A stretch of DNA of 62,129 nt from an uncultured Methanosarcinaceae archaeon (GCA_963727895.1 CAVSHT010000018.1:1-62129); one strand, 5' to 3'; shown: positions 44,709 through 55,937, counted from the stretch's first letter. Notes: generated by a model from the sequence alone, not told the origin. Numbers and translations: made by a program.

Positions 44709-45448
44709 GGTATTGTTACTTAAATATATCTAGTTCTTTATTTTTTTATTTCATCAATAGAATAACCGAGTACTTTAGCATTTCAAGACTCTTCGTATAA
44801 CACTTTGTCTTTCTTCTCAACCTTGCCAGAAAGTGCCTCAATATGCTGTTATATCCTTCAACAGTATACGTTTTTGCTTTTGATTGAGTATGGATCTTTT
44901 CTGGAAGAAACTCTGCATATGCTCTCCAGTGATCTGTCATCACTTCTCCAATCTCTTTTTTCTTCACTTTTTCCCAGAGTAGTTTTCCAGTTTCTGTTCC
45001 TCTGCTACCAAAAGAGCAGTTGATGAACTTTTTCCCAACTCTATCAACAGCAATCCAGATCCAGCAATATTTTTTTTGTTACCGATGTAAGTGTGCATCT
45101 CATCCATTTCAACAATAGATATCTCATTTTCACTTTTTAGGTTCTCTCACTCTTGACCAAATTTCTTGATCCATTTTTGGACAGAAACATGACTTACCCC
45201 TAAAACTCTTCCTATTGAGCGAAAACCCAATCCTTCAAGATAGAGTTGTAAAGCCTGTCTTTTTGCAGAAGCGGAAAAAGCAGTTGATTTTAGCTCTACT
45301 GTATAGTTATAGCCACAATCAGAGCATTTGTACCGTTGACGCCCGCCAACTATACCGTTCTTTTTGTGACTGGAACTATTGCATCTGGGGCAGTTCATGA
45401 AGAAATATACTTTCTAATAGTATATAACTATGTTTAAGTATCAATGCC
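44709..45448 (-). mobile_element. IS1-family insertion sequence with premature stops
   Basis: 740 bp; AATTCCT on both flanks; inserted in the 3' end of the GATase gene. Confidence 0.9.
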
Positions 45449-46102
45449 AATTCCTTTGTACCCGTCAGATATTCTTTCTGCCCGAGCATTTCCTGTTTTT
45501 TCTGGACAAAAGGTCCATTAGCCATTTGGTCTTTAAATCGCTGGATCAAAGATATGATCCTTTCTTCATTAATTTCAGGATAGAATTGAAGCGCCACAAC
45601 CCTGCCGTTATAGATAAACCCCTGATTCTTGCAGCTCTCGCTTTCATAAAGGTGAACAGCTTCTGCCGGAAGATCAAAAGTCCGCGAATGCCAGTGAAAA
45701 ATTGTTATTTCGTCCGAGCCCTTCAAGAAATTCCGGCTTATTATCTCCCCCGGATGCCCTTACAGGAAACCAACCCATCTCAGTATATCTGTTTTCATAA
45801 ACACGTGCCCCAAGAATATCGGCAAGCAATTGAGCACCAAGGCAGATTCCCAGGATCGGTTTTCCTGCTTCAATTGCCTGTTTGATAAACGCTTTTTCAT
45901 CTCTCAGCCAGGGGTTTTCTTCGTAATCATAGATTCCTATAGAGCCGCCCATGATGATAAGAATGTCAAATGAATCAAGTTCTTGAGGGCATTTTGCTTC
46001 GTAAAAACGGATTGATTCAAGCCTGTGGTTTTTAATTTTTGCATATTCTTCAATAGTGCCGAGGGTGTTCGTGGAGGAATGCTGGAGAACATGGATTTTC
46101 AT
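45449..46102 (-). pseudogene. Type 1 glutamine amidotransferase, frameshifted (~45720) and IS-interrupted
   Basis: ILGICLGAQL, EMGW, FHWH..TFDLP, QFYPE; C-terminus (EFMFLLLEKL) continues left of 44709. Confidence 0.85.
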
Positions 46103-46174
46103 GAAAGTCGAGAATGTATCCAAATGAAATAAACTTATTTATATTTAGGAATACAGTTATAAAACTGATCAAGA

Positions 46175-46447
46175 ATGAGGTTGGACACATTAATACGCAG
46201 TTTTTTGATAGCTATTTTAGTACCAATTATAGTAGTAATTATAGAGGCAGCTTACTATGGATTACATCCTGCTAAGACGTCTGCCATCAATAGTGCTGGT
46301 TATTATTCCGTCACCAGTCCATTTTTCAATCATTACTCAGATCTAACCAGTTCTGTAAACCTGACAATACTGGCTATAATATTCATATGTACCTTTGTAA
46401 TAACCTTAATTAAAATATCTAAACAAGGACACAAAAGATATGGATAA
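46175..46447 (+). CDS. Small hypothetical membrane protein
   Basis: Two hydrophobic segments, ATG start. Confidence 0.5.
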   Translation: MRLDTLIRSFLIAILVPIIVVIIEAAYYGLHPAKTSAINSAGYYSVTSPFFNHYSDLTSSVNLTILAIIFICTFVITLIKISKQGHKRYG

Positions 46448-46702
46448 ACCCAGCAATAAATAGTGTAGGCAAGAGCTAATAATATGAGAATATGAGGTAA
46501 TAACGACAAAAAGGCATTAACAAAGCTGCTTTTGTATAGTATAAGTTGATCAAACAAAAATCTATTAGTTGATTAATCAAAAATCTATTAACTTTAACTT
46601 AAAACTGAAACTTAAAAAAATAGATGAAAGAGGAAATTCTGCATTTTAATCCAGTTTCTGAAAGTTAACTGAAATTTCCTGAATTAATTGAACTTTTCTT
46701 AG

Positions 46703-48256
46703 TTAACCGAACCTTCCAATAAGTGCGCTTATGCTTTCACTCGTAACCATGCCTATTACGTGGTTTTCAGAGTCAATTACAGGAAGCGCGGAAATCGAAT
46801 AATCTTCCATTATAGAGGATGCAATTTCTATTTTTTCACCTGCATATACGTATTTTACGTCACGGGTGATTATCTCATCTAATCCAGTAATTTTGCAGGC
46901 AACGGCTTTTGTAATATCCCATGAAGTGACTATACCTTCAAGCTTTCCGTCCTCAGATACTACAGGTAAATGATTTACTTTCTTTTTTACCATGAGTACT
47001 GAGGCATTTTCGATTGTTTCATTTCTGGAAACCGAATAGAAATTCTGGTACATGATGTCCCCTACAAGAATCTGAGAGAGAAAACCCCTTATAAGGTAGT
47101 TAAGCTGCCCTTCTTCGAGCAGAAAAGCATCATGTCCATACTGGGATCTGATTTCCTCGTATTTTGCATCAACCCCGTTTGCAGTAAGTGCAGACACGAT
47201 TTCCTGGGATTGATATGGAGGGTATAACCAGTCTGAGGTTATGGAAATCACAAGGTATTTTGCAGTAACCCCTGAAAGACCCTCTATAAGAGACTCGTTC
47301 TTTGAAAGGTCAAAGAAATCAACTGATTTTGTAATATAAAGATAAGAATTTGCATCAAAACGCTTAGTAAAGGTATTTCCCTGGTGATTCAGATAGCTTT
47401 CAACCTGAAAATTTGAGAAATGATCTGGAAAGGTCTCTGAAGAAATTTCAGGCAGATTCGAATCTTCTTTTTCCTGCTGGTCTCTTCCGAACTTCTTCTG
47501 CATCGAAGCATCGCTCAGATATGTAATGTGGCCTATCATGCGGGCAAGCGCTAAGCCTTGTGCAGGGATTTCCTTTCCGTAATAATTTCCTCCGTTCCAT
47601 TTTGGATCGTCAGTTATAGCTTTTCTGCCAATTGCCCCGAATGCGATTTGCTGAGGAGTTGAAGATGCAGTTGTTGCGATTGCAATAGCCTTTTTAACCA
47701 TTTTGGGATAACTAACCGTCCATTGAAGCACCTGCATTCCACCCATTGAGCCGCCTGCAACTGCAAAAAGCTGTTTTATTTCCAGGTGCTCAACAAGCTT
47801 TTTCTGCGCATTTACCATGTCCGCGATAGTAAGTATGGGAAAAGAAATACCGTAGGGTTTTCCTGTTTCAGGGTCAATTGAAGAAGGACCTGTAGAACCT
47901 TTACAGCTTCCGATTATATTTGAACAAATGATACAATATTTTTCTGTATCAAAGGCTTTATTAGGGCCGATTACGATGTTCCACCAGCCTGGTTTTTTGT
48001 CGCCTGCATGAAATCCGGCAGCATGGGAATCGCCTGTAAGAGCATGGCAGATCAGGATAACATTACTCTTATCCACGTTCATCTTCCCATACATCTCGTA
48101 CTCGATCTTAACGTGGGAGAGTGTCTTTCCACTTTCGAGCCTGAAAATTCCGGGGATTTCATAGTTCATTGAACGGACTATCCCAAGATTCTGGCCTTTT
48201 TTTCCCGAAAAAAAGTTTTTAAAGGAAGGAATCTGGATAGAAGTTCCCATGCTCAA
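46703..48256 (-). CDS. metX: Homoserine O-acetyltransferase with C-terminal CBS pair
   Basis: [29 protein letters not shown] motifs [14 protein letters not shown]. Confidence 0.95.
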   Translation of the reverse strand: MSMGTSIQIPSFKNFFSGKKGQNLGIVRSMNYEIPGIFRLESGKTLSHVKIEYEMYGKMNVDKSNVILICHALTGDSHAAGFHAGDKKPGWWNIVIGPNKAFDTEKYCIICSNIIGSCKGSTGPSSIDPETGKPYGISFPILTIADMVNAQKKLVEHLEIKQLFAVAGGSMGGMQVLQWTVSYPKMVKKAIAIATTASSTPQQIAFGAIGRKAITDDPKWNGGNYYGKEIPAQGLALARMIGHITYLSDASMQKKFGRDQQEKEDSNLPEISSETFPDHFSNFQVESYLNHQGNTFTKRFDANSYLYITKSVDFFDLSKNESLIEGLSGVTAKYLVISITSDWLYPPYQSQEIVSALTANGVDAKYEEIRSQYGHDAFLLEEGQLNYLIRGFLSQILVGDIMYQNFYSVSRNETIENASVLMVKKKVNHLPVVSEDGKLEGIVTSWDITKAVACKITGLDEIITRDVKYVYAGEKIEIASSIMEDYSISALPVIDSENHVIGMVTSESISALIGRFG

Positions 48257-49608
48257 ACCCCTGAAAGTGCCTGCTCAATATCGGCAATAAGGTCTTTTTC
48301 ATCCTCAATTCCTATAGAAAGCCTGATAAAGTCCTCAGTTACTCCACAGGCTGCCTTTTCGTCTTTTGATAGCTGTTCATGAGTGGTTGAAGAAGGATGG
48401 ATTACAAGGCTTTTTGCATCCCCTATATTTGCAAGATGGGAAAATATCTCAAGTCCTTCAATAAACTTTTTGCATTCTTTTTCTCCGCCTTTGATTCCAA
48501 AGCCTATTAGTGCACCATATCCTGATTTCAGGTATTCCTTTGCAAGTTTATGGCTGCCGTGAGATTTAAGTCCAGGATAGGAAACCCAGGAAACTTTAGG
48601 ATGATTTTCCAGGAATTTTGCAATTTCAAGAGCGTTATCACAGTGTTTTTTCATTCTGAGTGGTAGAGTTTCAAGCCCCAGGGTAAACAGGAAAGAGTTG
48701 AAAGGAGAAATACATGCTCCTGTATCCCTGACGAACTGCACTCTGGCTTTTGTAATAAAGGCTGCTTTTCCAAAGGTTTCCTTGTATTTCATGCCGTGAT
48801 ATCCTGAATCAGGCTCGCAGATTTCAGGGAATTTTTCAGGGTTCCAGTCAAAATTTCCAGAGTCAACAATAACTCCACCTATAGAAGTTCCATGGCCGCC
48901 AATGAATTTGGTTGCCGAATACACAACAATATCAATTCCATGTTCGATTGGCTTTAAGATTAGGGGAGACACCGTATTGTCCACAACAAGAGGAATTCCT
49001 GCGGCATGAGCAATCTTTGCTAGTTTCTCAAAATCAGGTATATCAAGCCCGGGATTTCCTATTGATTCCACATAAATGGCTTTTGTTTTTTCGGAAATTG
49101 CGTTTTTGAATTCCTCCGGATTACAGGTATCTACGAATTTTACATTTCTTCCAAGTTTTGGGAAAGTGTAATTGAAAAGCTCGTAGGTTCCTCCATAAAG
49201 CTTGTCCCCTGAAACGATCTCATCCCCAGGCCTTGTAAACGTGAGCAAAGCAGTTGTAATTGCAGCCATTCCTGAGGCTACTGCAAGGGCGCCTATACCT
49301 CCATCGAGAGCAGCTATCCTTTTCTCAAACACGTCGGTTGTGGGGTTCATAAGGCGTGTATAAATATTGCCTTCTTTCCTGAGCCCGAAAAGGTCGGCAG
49401 CTTCCTCAGCGTCCTTAAATACATAAGCTGCGGTTTGATAAATCGGAACTGACCTTGCTCCTGTGGTCGGGTCAGGTTTTGCACCTGCATGCACGGCAAG
49501 GGTAGAAGCTCCAGGGCTTTTAAACTTCTTTTTTGTACTGCATTTCTTTTTTTCTTTACATTTTTCTTCACATTTTTCTTCATTCTGGTTTCTTTTTTCT
49601 TTCGTCAT
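48253..49608 (-). CDS. metY: O-acetylhomoserine sulfhydrylase (copy 2)
   Basis: [30 protein letters not shown]; overlaps the metX start. Confidence 0.93.
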   Translation of the reverse strand: MTKEKRNQNEEKCEEKCKEKKKCSTKKKFKSPGASTLAVHAGAKPDPTTGARSVPIYQTAAYVFKDAEEAADLFGLRKEGNIYTRLMNPTTDVFEKRIAALDGGIGALAVASGMAAITTALLTFTRPGDEIVSGDKLYGGTYELFNYTFPKLGRNVKFVDTCNPEEFKNAISEKTKAIYVESIGNPGLDIPDFEKLAKIAHAAGIPLVVDNTVSPLILKPIEHGIDIVVYSATKFIGGHGTSIGGVIVDSGNFDWNPEKFPEICEPDSGYHGMKYKETFGKAAFITKARVQFVRDTGACISPFNSFLFTLGLETLPLRMKKHCDNALEIAKFLENHPKVSWVSYPGLKSHGSHKLAKEYLKSGYGALIGFGIKGGEKECKKFIEGLEIFSHLANIGDAKSLVIHPSSTTHEQLSKDEKAACGVTEDFIRLSIGIEDEKDLIADIEQALSGV

Positions 49609-49695
49609 TTTATCTAACCTCAATACTAAATTTTCCTGCTATCCCGCCGCCTATATCTAAGGGTCTTCTATTCGATTATTTCAATGGTTTTGGTA

Positions 49696-49767
49696 ATTAT
49701 GGAGTGGGAATCAAACTCATGCATCTTCTGGTTGCAGTCGGAGGCATATCCTCTCTGCCATCCTGAC
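49696..49767 (-). pseudogene. Decayed tRNA-Cys(GCA)-like element in the metY-metX leader
   Basis: Gapless 72-nt alignment to tRNA 6547..6618: GTCAGGA-TG-GCAG-AGAGGAT-ATGC-C-TCCGA-CTGCAAC-CAGAA-GATGC-ATGAG-TTTGATT-CCCAC-TCCATAA-T. Confidence 0.7.
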
Positions 49768-49811
49768 ACTCGAAATGTTTTTCATATGGACACAATTGAA
49801 TAAATAACTTA

Positions 49812-49825
49812 TTCACAATTGTGAC
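49812..49825. promoter_or_regulatory. Sulfur box (1 mismatch)
   Basis: TTCACAATTGTGAC next to TATA-like 49831..49840; weak second site at 49789..49802. Confidence 0.8.
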
Positions 49826-49957
49826 TCCGGTATATATAATTATTATTAATAAATTGAAAAAACCACTATATATATAAATATTACCAATGGTAATATTTAT
49901 ATCTGTTTCACAAAAAAGTCAGGGAAAAGACTCTATAAAGTATTTCCCTTTATTACT

Positions 49958-50890
49958 TCAGTTTCCGCTAATCTCAAGCATCCTGTCCAGAGCTTTTCCG
50001 GCTTTCACCCTTATGTATTCTGGAACATGGATTTCATATTCCATGTTCTGCAAACTATTAAGAATAGACTCAAGAGTAACTTTCTTCATATTATAGCAAA
50101 AAGTCTTTTCCGATGCAGGATATAATTTCTTATCTGGATATTTCGTTCTCATGCTTCGGACTATTTCTCTCTCGGTTCCTATTATAAATTCCGTAGACTC
50201 TGAACTATCTACATCTTTTATAATGCCTGAAGTGCTGAAAATCCCATCTGCAAAACTCAAGACTTCAGGCCTGCATTCGGGATGTGCAAGAAATTCAGCA
50301 TTCGGGTACAGATTTTTTAGTTCCTGTATATCCTCAGCACCAATGTTATCATGAACATGGCAAAATCCAGGCCAGAGATGTATCTTCTTATCGGTATGAA
50401 GGGATACAAAAGCTCCAAGATTCTTGTCCGGAATAAATATAATCTCCTGGTCTTCAATTGAATTTACCACATTTATCGCATTTGCCGATGTACAGCAGAT
50501 ATCAGATTCTGCCTTTACGGCTGCCGAGCTGTTCACGTAACATACAACTGCGGCTTCAGGATGTTTTTCTTTTGCATCTCGCAGAGATTCAGCAGTAACC
50601 ATTTCCGCCATTGGGCAGCCTGCATCTGGTACGGGTAAGATGACTGTTTTTTGAGGAGAAATTATTGCTGCCGATTCCGCCATAAAATGAACACCTGCAA
50701 AAACTATGACATCAGCTTCTGAATTAACTGCAGCTTTACAAAGAGAAAGGGAATCCCCAACGAAATCCGCAACTTCCTGTACTTCGTTTCGGGTGTAAAA
50801 GTGAGAAAGAATTACTGCATTCCTTTCAGCTTTGAGTTTTTTTATTTCTTCGATAATTAACTCGTTTTTCATAACGATCTTATTCCTCAT
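49958..50890 (-). CDS. nadA: Quinolinate synthase
   Basis: VGDSL, GVHFMAE, AGCPMA, YVNS, CHVH, AHPEC, CYNMK. Confidence 0.95.
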   Translation of the reverse strand: MRNKIVMKNELIIEEIKKLKAERNAVILSHFYTRNEVQEVADFVGDSLSLCKAAVNSEADVIVFAGVHFMAESAAIISPQKTVILPVPDAGCPMAEMVTAESLRDAKEKHPEAAVVCYVNSSAAVKAESDICCTSANAINVVNSIEDQEIIFIPDKNLGAFVSLHTDKKIHLWPGFCHVHDNIGAEDIQELKNLYPNAEFLAHPECRPEVLSFADGIFSTSGIIKDVDSSESTEFIIGTEREIVRSMRTKYPDKKLYPASEKTFCYNMKKVTLESILNSLQNMEYEIHVPEYIRVKAGKALDRMLEISGN

Positions 50891-51159
50891 AATGCAGGGA
50901 TTTCGTTCATCTTAAAGGAATAGCCTGCAAAAAACATTATCCTTATTTCTGGACCTATTTATGTTCTTACCACAAACACAGGATGTTTTAAAATTTTTAA
51001 AATTAATGGTGAATGGATCACTCCAGGGAATACCTGAAAGAATAATTACAAATTTAGAGACAAATGAACGACAAATAAGAAATTCAGGAGTAAATGAAAG
51101 AAACATGAAAGACAAAATCACAAGTTACTTCATTTTCGTTTATTACTCTCATAGACACT

Positions 51160-51888
51160 TCATTTTTTATTACTCCCACAAACCGGACAATTTTCGGTTT
51201 TATTAATCATCAGTTCACTGAAAGAGCATGAAAATCCATCCCATAATAACAGGCGATTTTCCAAGAGCTTTCCCTGACCTGTTAGATATTTAATTGCTTC
51301 ATTAGCCTGTATCGAGCCAATTACCCCTGGAGTTGTTCCAATTATTGGAAATACTTCTTTTTTAAAGGAAGTTGGGAAAATACAACAAAGACATGGAGTC
51401 TTTCCCGGAATTATTGTTGTTGCCTGGCCTCTGTATCCTGAGACTGCTCCATGAATTAAAGGTATATTTCGTTTCACTGCAAGTCTGTTCAGTACATGCC
51501 TTGTATCAAAATTGTCCAGAGCATCTATTATCAGGTCACATGGAGGAACGACTAAATCTGCGTTTTTATCGGTAATTTTTTCCCTGATTATCTCGACTTT
51601 TATTTCTGGATTCAAGGAGAGGAGCTTTTCCTCTGCTGATTTGACCTTCTCTTTCCCAACGTCCTTTTCATGATGGAGAAACTGCCTGTTGAGGTTGCTG
51701 AGTTCTACAGAATCAAAGTCTGCAATTATTAGTGTTCCAATACCTGCAACTGCAAGGTAAGTGGAAACAGGAGATCCTAGTCCTCCTGCTCCGGCAACAA
51801 ACACTTTTGCTTTTTTTAATTTTTCCTGACCTTCGTCCCCAAAAAGCATTGTCTGTCTGATATACTTTTCTTCTGTATATTTCTCCAT
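51160..51888 (-). CDS. ThiF/MoeB-family E1-like adenylyltransferase
   Basis: GAGGLG, SNLNRQ, DNF, CxxC pairs. Confidence 0.92.
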   Translation of the reverse strand: MEKYTEEKYIRQTMLFGDEGQEKLKKAKVFVAGAGGLGSPVSTYLAVAGIGTLIIADFDSVELSNLNRQFLHHEKDVGKEKVKSAEEKLLSLNPEIKVEIIREKITDKNADLVVPPCDLIIDALDNFDTRHVLNRLAVKRNIPLIHGAVSGYRGQATTIIPGKTPCLCCIFPTSFKKEVFPIIGTTPGVIGSIQANEAIKYLTGQGKLLENRLLLWDGFSCSFSELMINKTENCPVCGSNKK

Positions 51889-51979
51889 TTATATGCTCCG
51901 GGATTCATACTTATTTTAAGGTATATTTTTAAGATGTATTTTTAAGATATATTTTAAAAGCTGTTCATAAGATCCGGGA

Positions 51980-52369
51980 TTAATTTTCCCATGGCTCAAG
52001 CCCTTTTTTCGTGAGATAATCATTAATTGCTTCGTGAATTGCCTCTTCAGCAAGCATTGAGCAATGCATTTTTATTGGAGGAAGTCCGTCAAGGGCTTCG
52101 GCAACGGCTTTGTTTGAAAGTTTCCAGGCTTCTTCAAGGGTTTTTCCTTTAATCATTTCAGTTGCCATGCTGCTGGAGGCAATTGCAGCTCCACATCCGA
52201 AAGTCTGGAACTTAACATCCACAATCTTGTCGTCCTCAACCTTGAGATAGATTTTCATTATATCTCCACAAGCAGGGTTTCCAACCTCTCCTACGCCATC
52301 ACTGTTTTCAATGCTTCCCATATTTCTTGGGTTTGAAAAATGATCCATTACTTTAAGGCTGTAATCCAT
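51980..52369 (-). CDS. iscU: Fe-S scaffold protein
   Basis: DHFSNPRNMG, ACGD, FGCG, KMHCS. Confidence 0.95.
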   Translation of the reverse strand: MDYSLKVMDHFSNPRNMGSIENSDGVGEVGNPACGDIMKIYLKVEDDKIVDVKFQTFGCGAAIASSSMATEMIKGKTLEEAWKLSNKAVAEALDGLPPIKMHCSMLAEEAIHEAINDYLTKKGLEPWEN

Positions 52370-52516
52370 AAGTTTCTCTCCAATTCTATTTTTCAATAAT
52401 AGGATTTCTTTAAGATTGCTTCAACACAGATCTTTAGAATATATTTTGTTCAAGTTTCGTTAAAACGCTCTTGAATCCCTTTTACATAGTGCGCTGCTAC
52501 TTTTCTTAAATTTAGC

Positions 52517-53701
52517 TTAAACAGTTCTGTACTCTGTTGGAGTAAGTGGAGACATATTTCTCAGTCTCTGAACTATATCAGGCAGAATTTCAAGTACCCT
52601 GTCTACATCTTTTTCGGAATTCATACTTCCAAGGCTAAGCCTGAGTGAACCGTGAACGATTTCATGTGGGACTCCACAGGCTGTAAGCACGTGGGAAGGT
52701 TCAAGAGAAGAAGAATTGCACGCACTTCCGGTAGATGCGAAAATTCCTTTTGCGTTCAGCAGCAGTAGAAGCGATTCACCTTCTATGTATTCAAACGTAA
52801 TATTCACGTTATTTACAAGCCTCTTTGTGGGATGCCCGTTAAGATGAGTTTTTGAGATATTCAGAAGTCCTTTGATAAGGCGTTCTCTCAGCTCCAGAAG
52901 ATTTTTATTCGATTCTTCAATTTCAGCTGTTGCAAGCTCTATAGCTTTTCCAAGACCTACTATAGCAGGTACATTTTCTGTTCCAGCCCTGCGCTTCCTT
53001 TCCTGGGCTCCGCCGTGTAGAAGGTTTTCTATTTTTGTTCCTTTTCGGATGTAAAGGGCTCCACAGCCTTTTGGACCCCCGAATTTGTGTCCTGAAAGGG
53101 AAAGAAGATCAATATTCATTTTATTAACATCAATAGGAACATGACCAATTGCCTGTACTGCATCCGTATGGAAATAGATCTTTCTCTCTTTAGCAATTTT
53201 TCCGATTTCTTCTACTGGCTGGATTGTTCCTATTTCGTTGTTTGCAAGCATTATGGAAATAAGAATAGTGTCATCTCGAATCGCATTCTTCAGTTCATCA
53301 GGAGATACCATTCCGTACTTGTCCACAGGCAGGTATGTTATCTCAAATCCCTGTCCTTCCAGCCAGGCACAGGTATGTAGTACTGCGTGGTGTTCTGTGG
53401 AGGAGGTAATTATGTGCCTTCCTTTTTCCTTTTTTGCAAAAGCTACCCCTTTAATTGCCCAATTATCGGATTCCGTGCCTCCTGATGTGAAATATATCTC
53501 GTTTTCTTCAGTCCCGAGAGCATCGGCAATCTTTTTTCTTGCATTGTCTATTGCATGTTTTGAGATTTTTCCTATCTCATAAATAGAAGAGGGGTTTCCG
53601 AAATTCTCGGTCAAGTAAGGGACCATCTCTTCAACAACTTCCTTTCTTACAGGCGTTGTAGCCGAGTTGTCCATGTAAATGGTCTTGTCTTGAACTGTCA
53701 C
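52517..53701 (-). CDS. iscS: Cysteine desulfurase NifS/IscS
   Basis: DNSATT, TSGGTE, SGHKFGGPKG, STGSAC; likely GTG start at 53701 after a GGTG RBS. Confidence 0.95.
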   Translation of the reverse strand: MTVQDKTIYMDNSATTPVRKEVVEEMVPYLTENFGNPSSIYEIGKISKHAIDNARKKIADALGTEENEIYFTSGGTESDNWAIKGVAFAKKEKGRHIITSSTEHHAVLHTCAWLEGQGFEITYLPVDKYGMVSPDELKNAIRDDTILISIMLANNEIGTIQPVEEIGKIAKERKIYFHTDAVQAIGHVPIDVNKMNIDLLSLSGHKFGGPKGCGALYIRKGTKIENLLHGGAQERKRRAGTENVPAIVGLGKAIELATAEIEESNKNLLELRERLIKGLLNISKTHLNGHPTKRLVNNVNITFEYIEGESLLLLLNAKGIFASTGSACNSSSLEPSHVLTACGVPHEIVHGSLRLSLGSMNSEKDVDRVLEILPDIVQRLRNMSPLTPTEYRTV

Positions 53702-53710
53702 ACTTACACC

Positions 53711-53724
53711 TTCACAATTGTGAA
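53711..53724. promoter_or_regulatory. Sulfur box (perfect)
   Basis: TTCACAATTGTGAA between TTATATAA (53742..53749) and the iscS RBS. Confidence 0.85.
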
Positions 53725-53892
53725 TATTCATGACATTAGGATTATATAAGTTTTATTGTCGAATCAGCTATCTATAAAAATAGCTCATGTGTAAACTAAA
53801 AAACCTATGTCGAAAGTTGAGATATTTTCAACAGAATAATATAGATAAGTTTAACTATAGTATTTATATTCAAATATTGTATAAATATGTTA

Positions 53893-54633
53893 GGCTTTGA
53901 TAATTAACTATAGTTATTTATTATGAGAACCTATATTTCTTCATGAACTGCCCAAAATGTAATAGTTCCAGTCACAAAAAGAATGGTATAGTTGGCGGGC
54001 GTCAACGGTACAAATGCTCTGATTGTGGCTATAACTATACAGTAGAGCTAAAATCAACTGCTTTTTCCGCCTCTGTTAAAAAACAGGCTTTACAACTCTA
54101 TCTTGAAGGATTGGGTTTTCGCTCAATAGGAAGAGTTTTAGGGGTAAGTCATGTTTCTGTCCAAAAATGGATAAAGAAATTTGGTCAAGAGTTAGAGGAT
54201 CTAAAAAGTGAAAATGAGATATCTATTGTTGAAATGGATGAAATGAACACTTACATTGGTAACAAAAAAAATATTGCTGGATCTGGATTGCTGTTGATAG
54301 AGTTGGGAAAAAGTTCATCAACTGCTCTTTTGGCATCAGAGGAACAGAAACTGGAAAACTACTCTGGGAAAAATTGAAGAAAAAATAAATTGGAGAAATG
54401 ATGACAGATCACTGGAGAGCATATGCAGAGTTTTTTCCAGAAAAGATCCATACTCAATCAAAAGCAGAAACGTATACTGTTGAAGGAGATATAACAGCAT
54501 ATTGAGGCACTTTCTGGCAAGGTTGAGAAGAAAAACAAAGTGTTATACGAAGAGTCTTGAAATGCTAAAGTACTCGGTTATTCTATTGATGAAATAAAGA
54601 AATAAAGAGTTAACTATGTTTAGTTAACAATTC
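53893..54633 (+). mobile_element. IS1-family insertion sequence, degenerate, opposite orientation
   Basis: InsA-like ORF 53943..54377; InsB part broken; right end eroded. Confidence 0.88.
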
Positions 54634-54736
54634 AATTTTTATTAATCGGTTTTCGTAGTAAAATGAAGTGAAAAACAGAATATGGAAAGGAACTATGAAG
54701 ACCCAGAGCCAGTATGAGGAATACAATAAAAAGAAA

Positions 54737-55135
54737 TTATTGGATATTCATATCCTGCTGCATAACCCCAAATATGTTTCTTTCTGTATCGAGGCAATAT
54801 GCATACCAGCCAACACCTCGTATGGGACTTTTTTCCATAGTCACTTTGCCGCCGTGCTTCTGTACCTTACTCAGGTATTCATCAATATCCGGGACATCTA
54901 TTGTGCAGACATAAGTACTTATAGGAGTGTCGGCTCCAGGTTCCTTTCCTTGCCTTTTGATTAAGCCGCCGTCGATACCTGATTCGTATTGTTTGCCTGT
55001 GATTATATTCCAGTATTCCATAGAACTTTCCGATCTCTCTATCTTCCAGCCAAACACATTTTCATAGAACTTTTTAGCCCTTGGGACGTCTTTTGCATAA
55101 ATCTCAAAATGGATTACTCTTGGCGTAAGAATCAA
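54737..55135 (-). CDS. VOC/glyoxalase family protein
   Basis: VIHFEI..D..RAKKFY..VFGW; DTERNIFG. Confidence 0.88.
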   Translation of the reverse strand: MILTPRVIHFEIYAKDVPRAKKFYENVFGWKIERSESSMEYWNIITGKQYESGIDGGLIKRQGKEPGADTPISTYVCTIDVPDIDEYLSKVQKHGGKVTMEKSPIRGVGWYAYCLDTERNIFGVMQQDMNIQ

Positions 55136-55534
55136 CCCCTGTTTTAATTAGATAGTTTGGATGGTATTTATATATTAATTTAGGCTTTGCTTTTAGACAT
55201 TTGCCTTACTCAATTTAAGGATGTATAGAGAGATCATATGCAAAATATTCGTGCCAAAATAAACTCCCAAAAGCTCGTAAACTCATGAAAACTTAAACTA
55301 TCGAGCTAGTAGTATCAAGCCTTAAAACATTACAATTGTCACCAAAACTTCGCATATTATCAACCGTGTTACTCTGTTTTATAATTTTGTTATAAATTTT
55401 GAAAAAAAGTAAAGAATGTTTTCAATTTAAGCCGCGTCTGTGCAGAAGATTTTAATAAGTATTGCCTCTTATACTACATACTAAAAAAATTAAACACCAT
55501 TTGATTAGATAAGGAAATTAATCAGGAAATTAAT

Positions 55535-55840
55535 ATGTTATTGCTAGGTATAACAACATTTGACTCTGAAGATACCATGGAGCTATTTAAACGGTGGGAA
55601 CAGTTGAATCAAACTGAGTCTCCAAAGGGTTTGAAAATTATTAATCAGTGGTTTGACGCAGGTGGGGGGCGTGTGGTTACCCTATTTGACGTAGAAACTG
55701 TTAAAGATTATCTAGCTTATAATTTGTCATTTCCTAATTTATGTCAGGTTGATGTGTTTCCTGTAATAGATGCAGAGGAATTTAAAATATTTGCAGCATA
55801 CCAGATGAAAAAATATAATAGTCCAGATATTTATCCGTAA
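55535..55840 (+). CDS. DUF3303-like small protein
   Basis: PKGLKIINQWFDAGGGR...VDVFPV pattern. Confidence 0.65.
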   Translation: MLLLGITTFDSEDTMELFKRWEQLNQTESPKGLKIINQWFDAGGGRVVTLFDVETVKDYLAYNLSFPNLCQVDVFPVIDAEEFKIFAAYQMKKYNSPDIYP

Positions 55841-55937
55841 TAAGCAAAAATCTATCGTTCTAGTTTTTTAGTGTTTTTAACTCTAAATATTACTTTTATT
55901 GCTACTTTTGAAGATATTTTGTCACATGATCTTTTTT

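Noticed and set aside
49718..49785. Leader-peptide attenuator upstream of metY (MKNISSVRMAERICLRLQPEDA)
   Set aside because: Only one Cys and two Met; the sequence is better explained as a tRNA-derived element.
53702..53731. N-terminal extension of IscS given by the ORF track
   Set aside because: It overlaps the operator and expected start site; the GTG at 53701 has an RBS.
36126..54633. IS-mediated inversion between the oppositely oriented IS copies
   Set aside because: Flanking sequences do not cross-match as swapped target duplications.
55329..55342. Further sulfur box ATTACAATTGTCAC (also ATCACAACTGGGAA at 6815..6828)
   Set aside because: Three or four mismatches in AT-rich DNA and no clear promoter context; could be chance.
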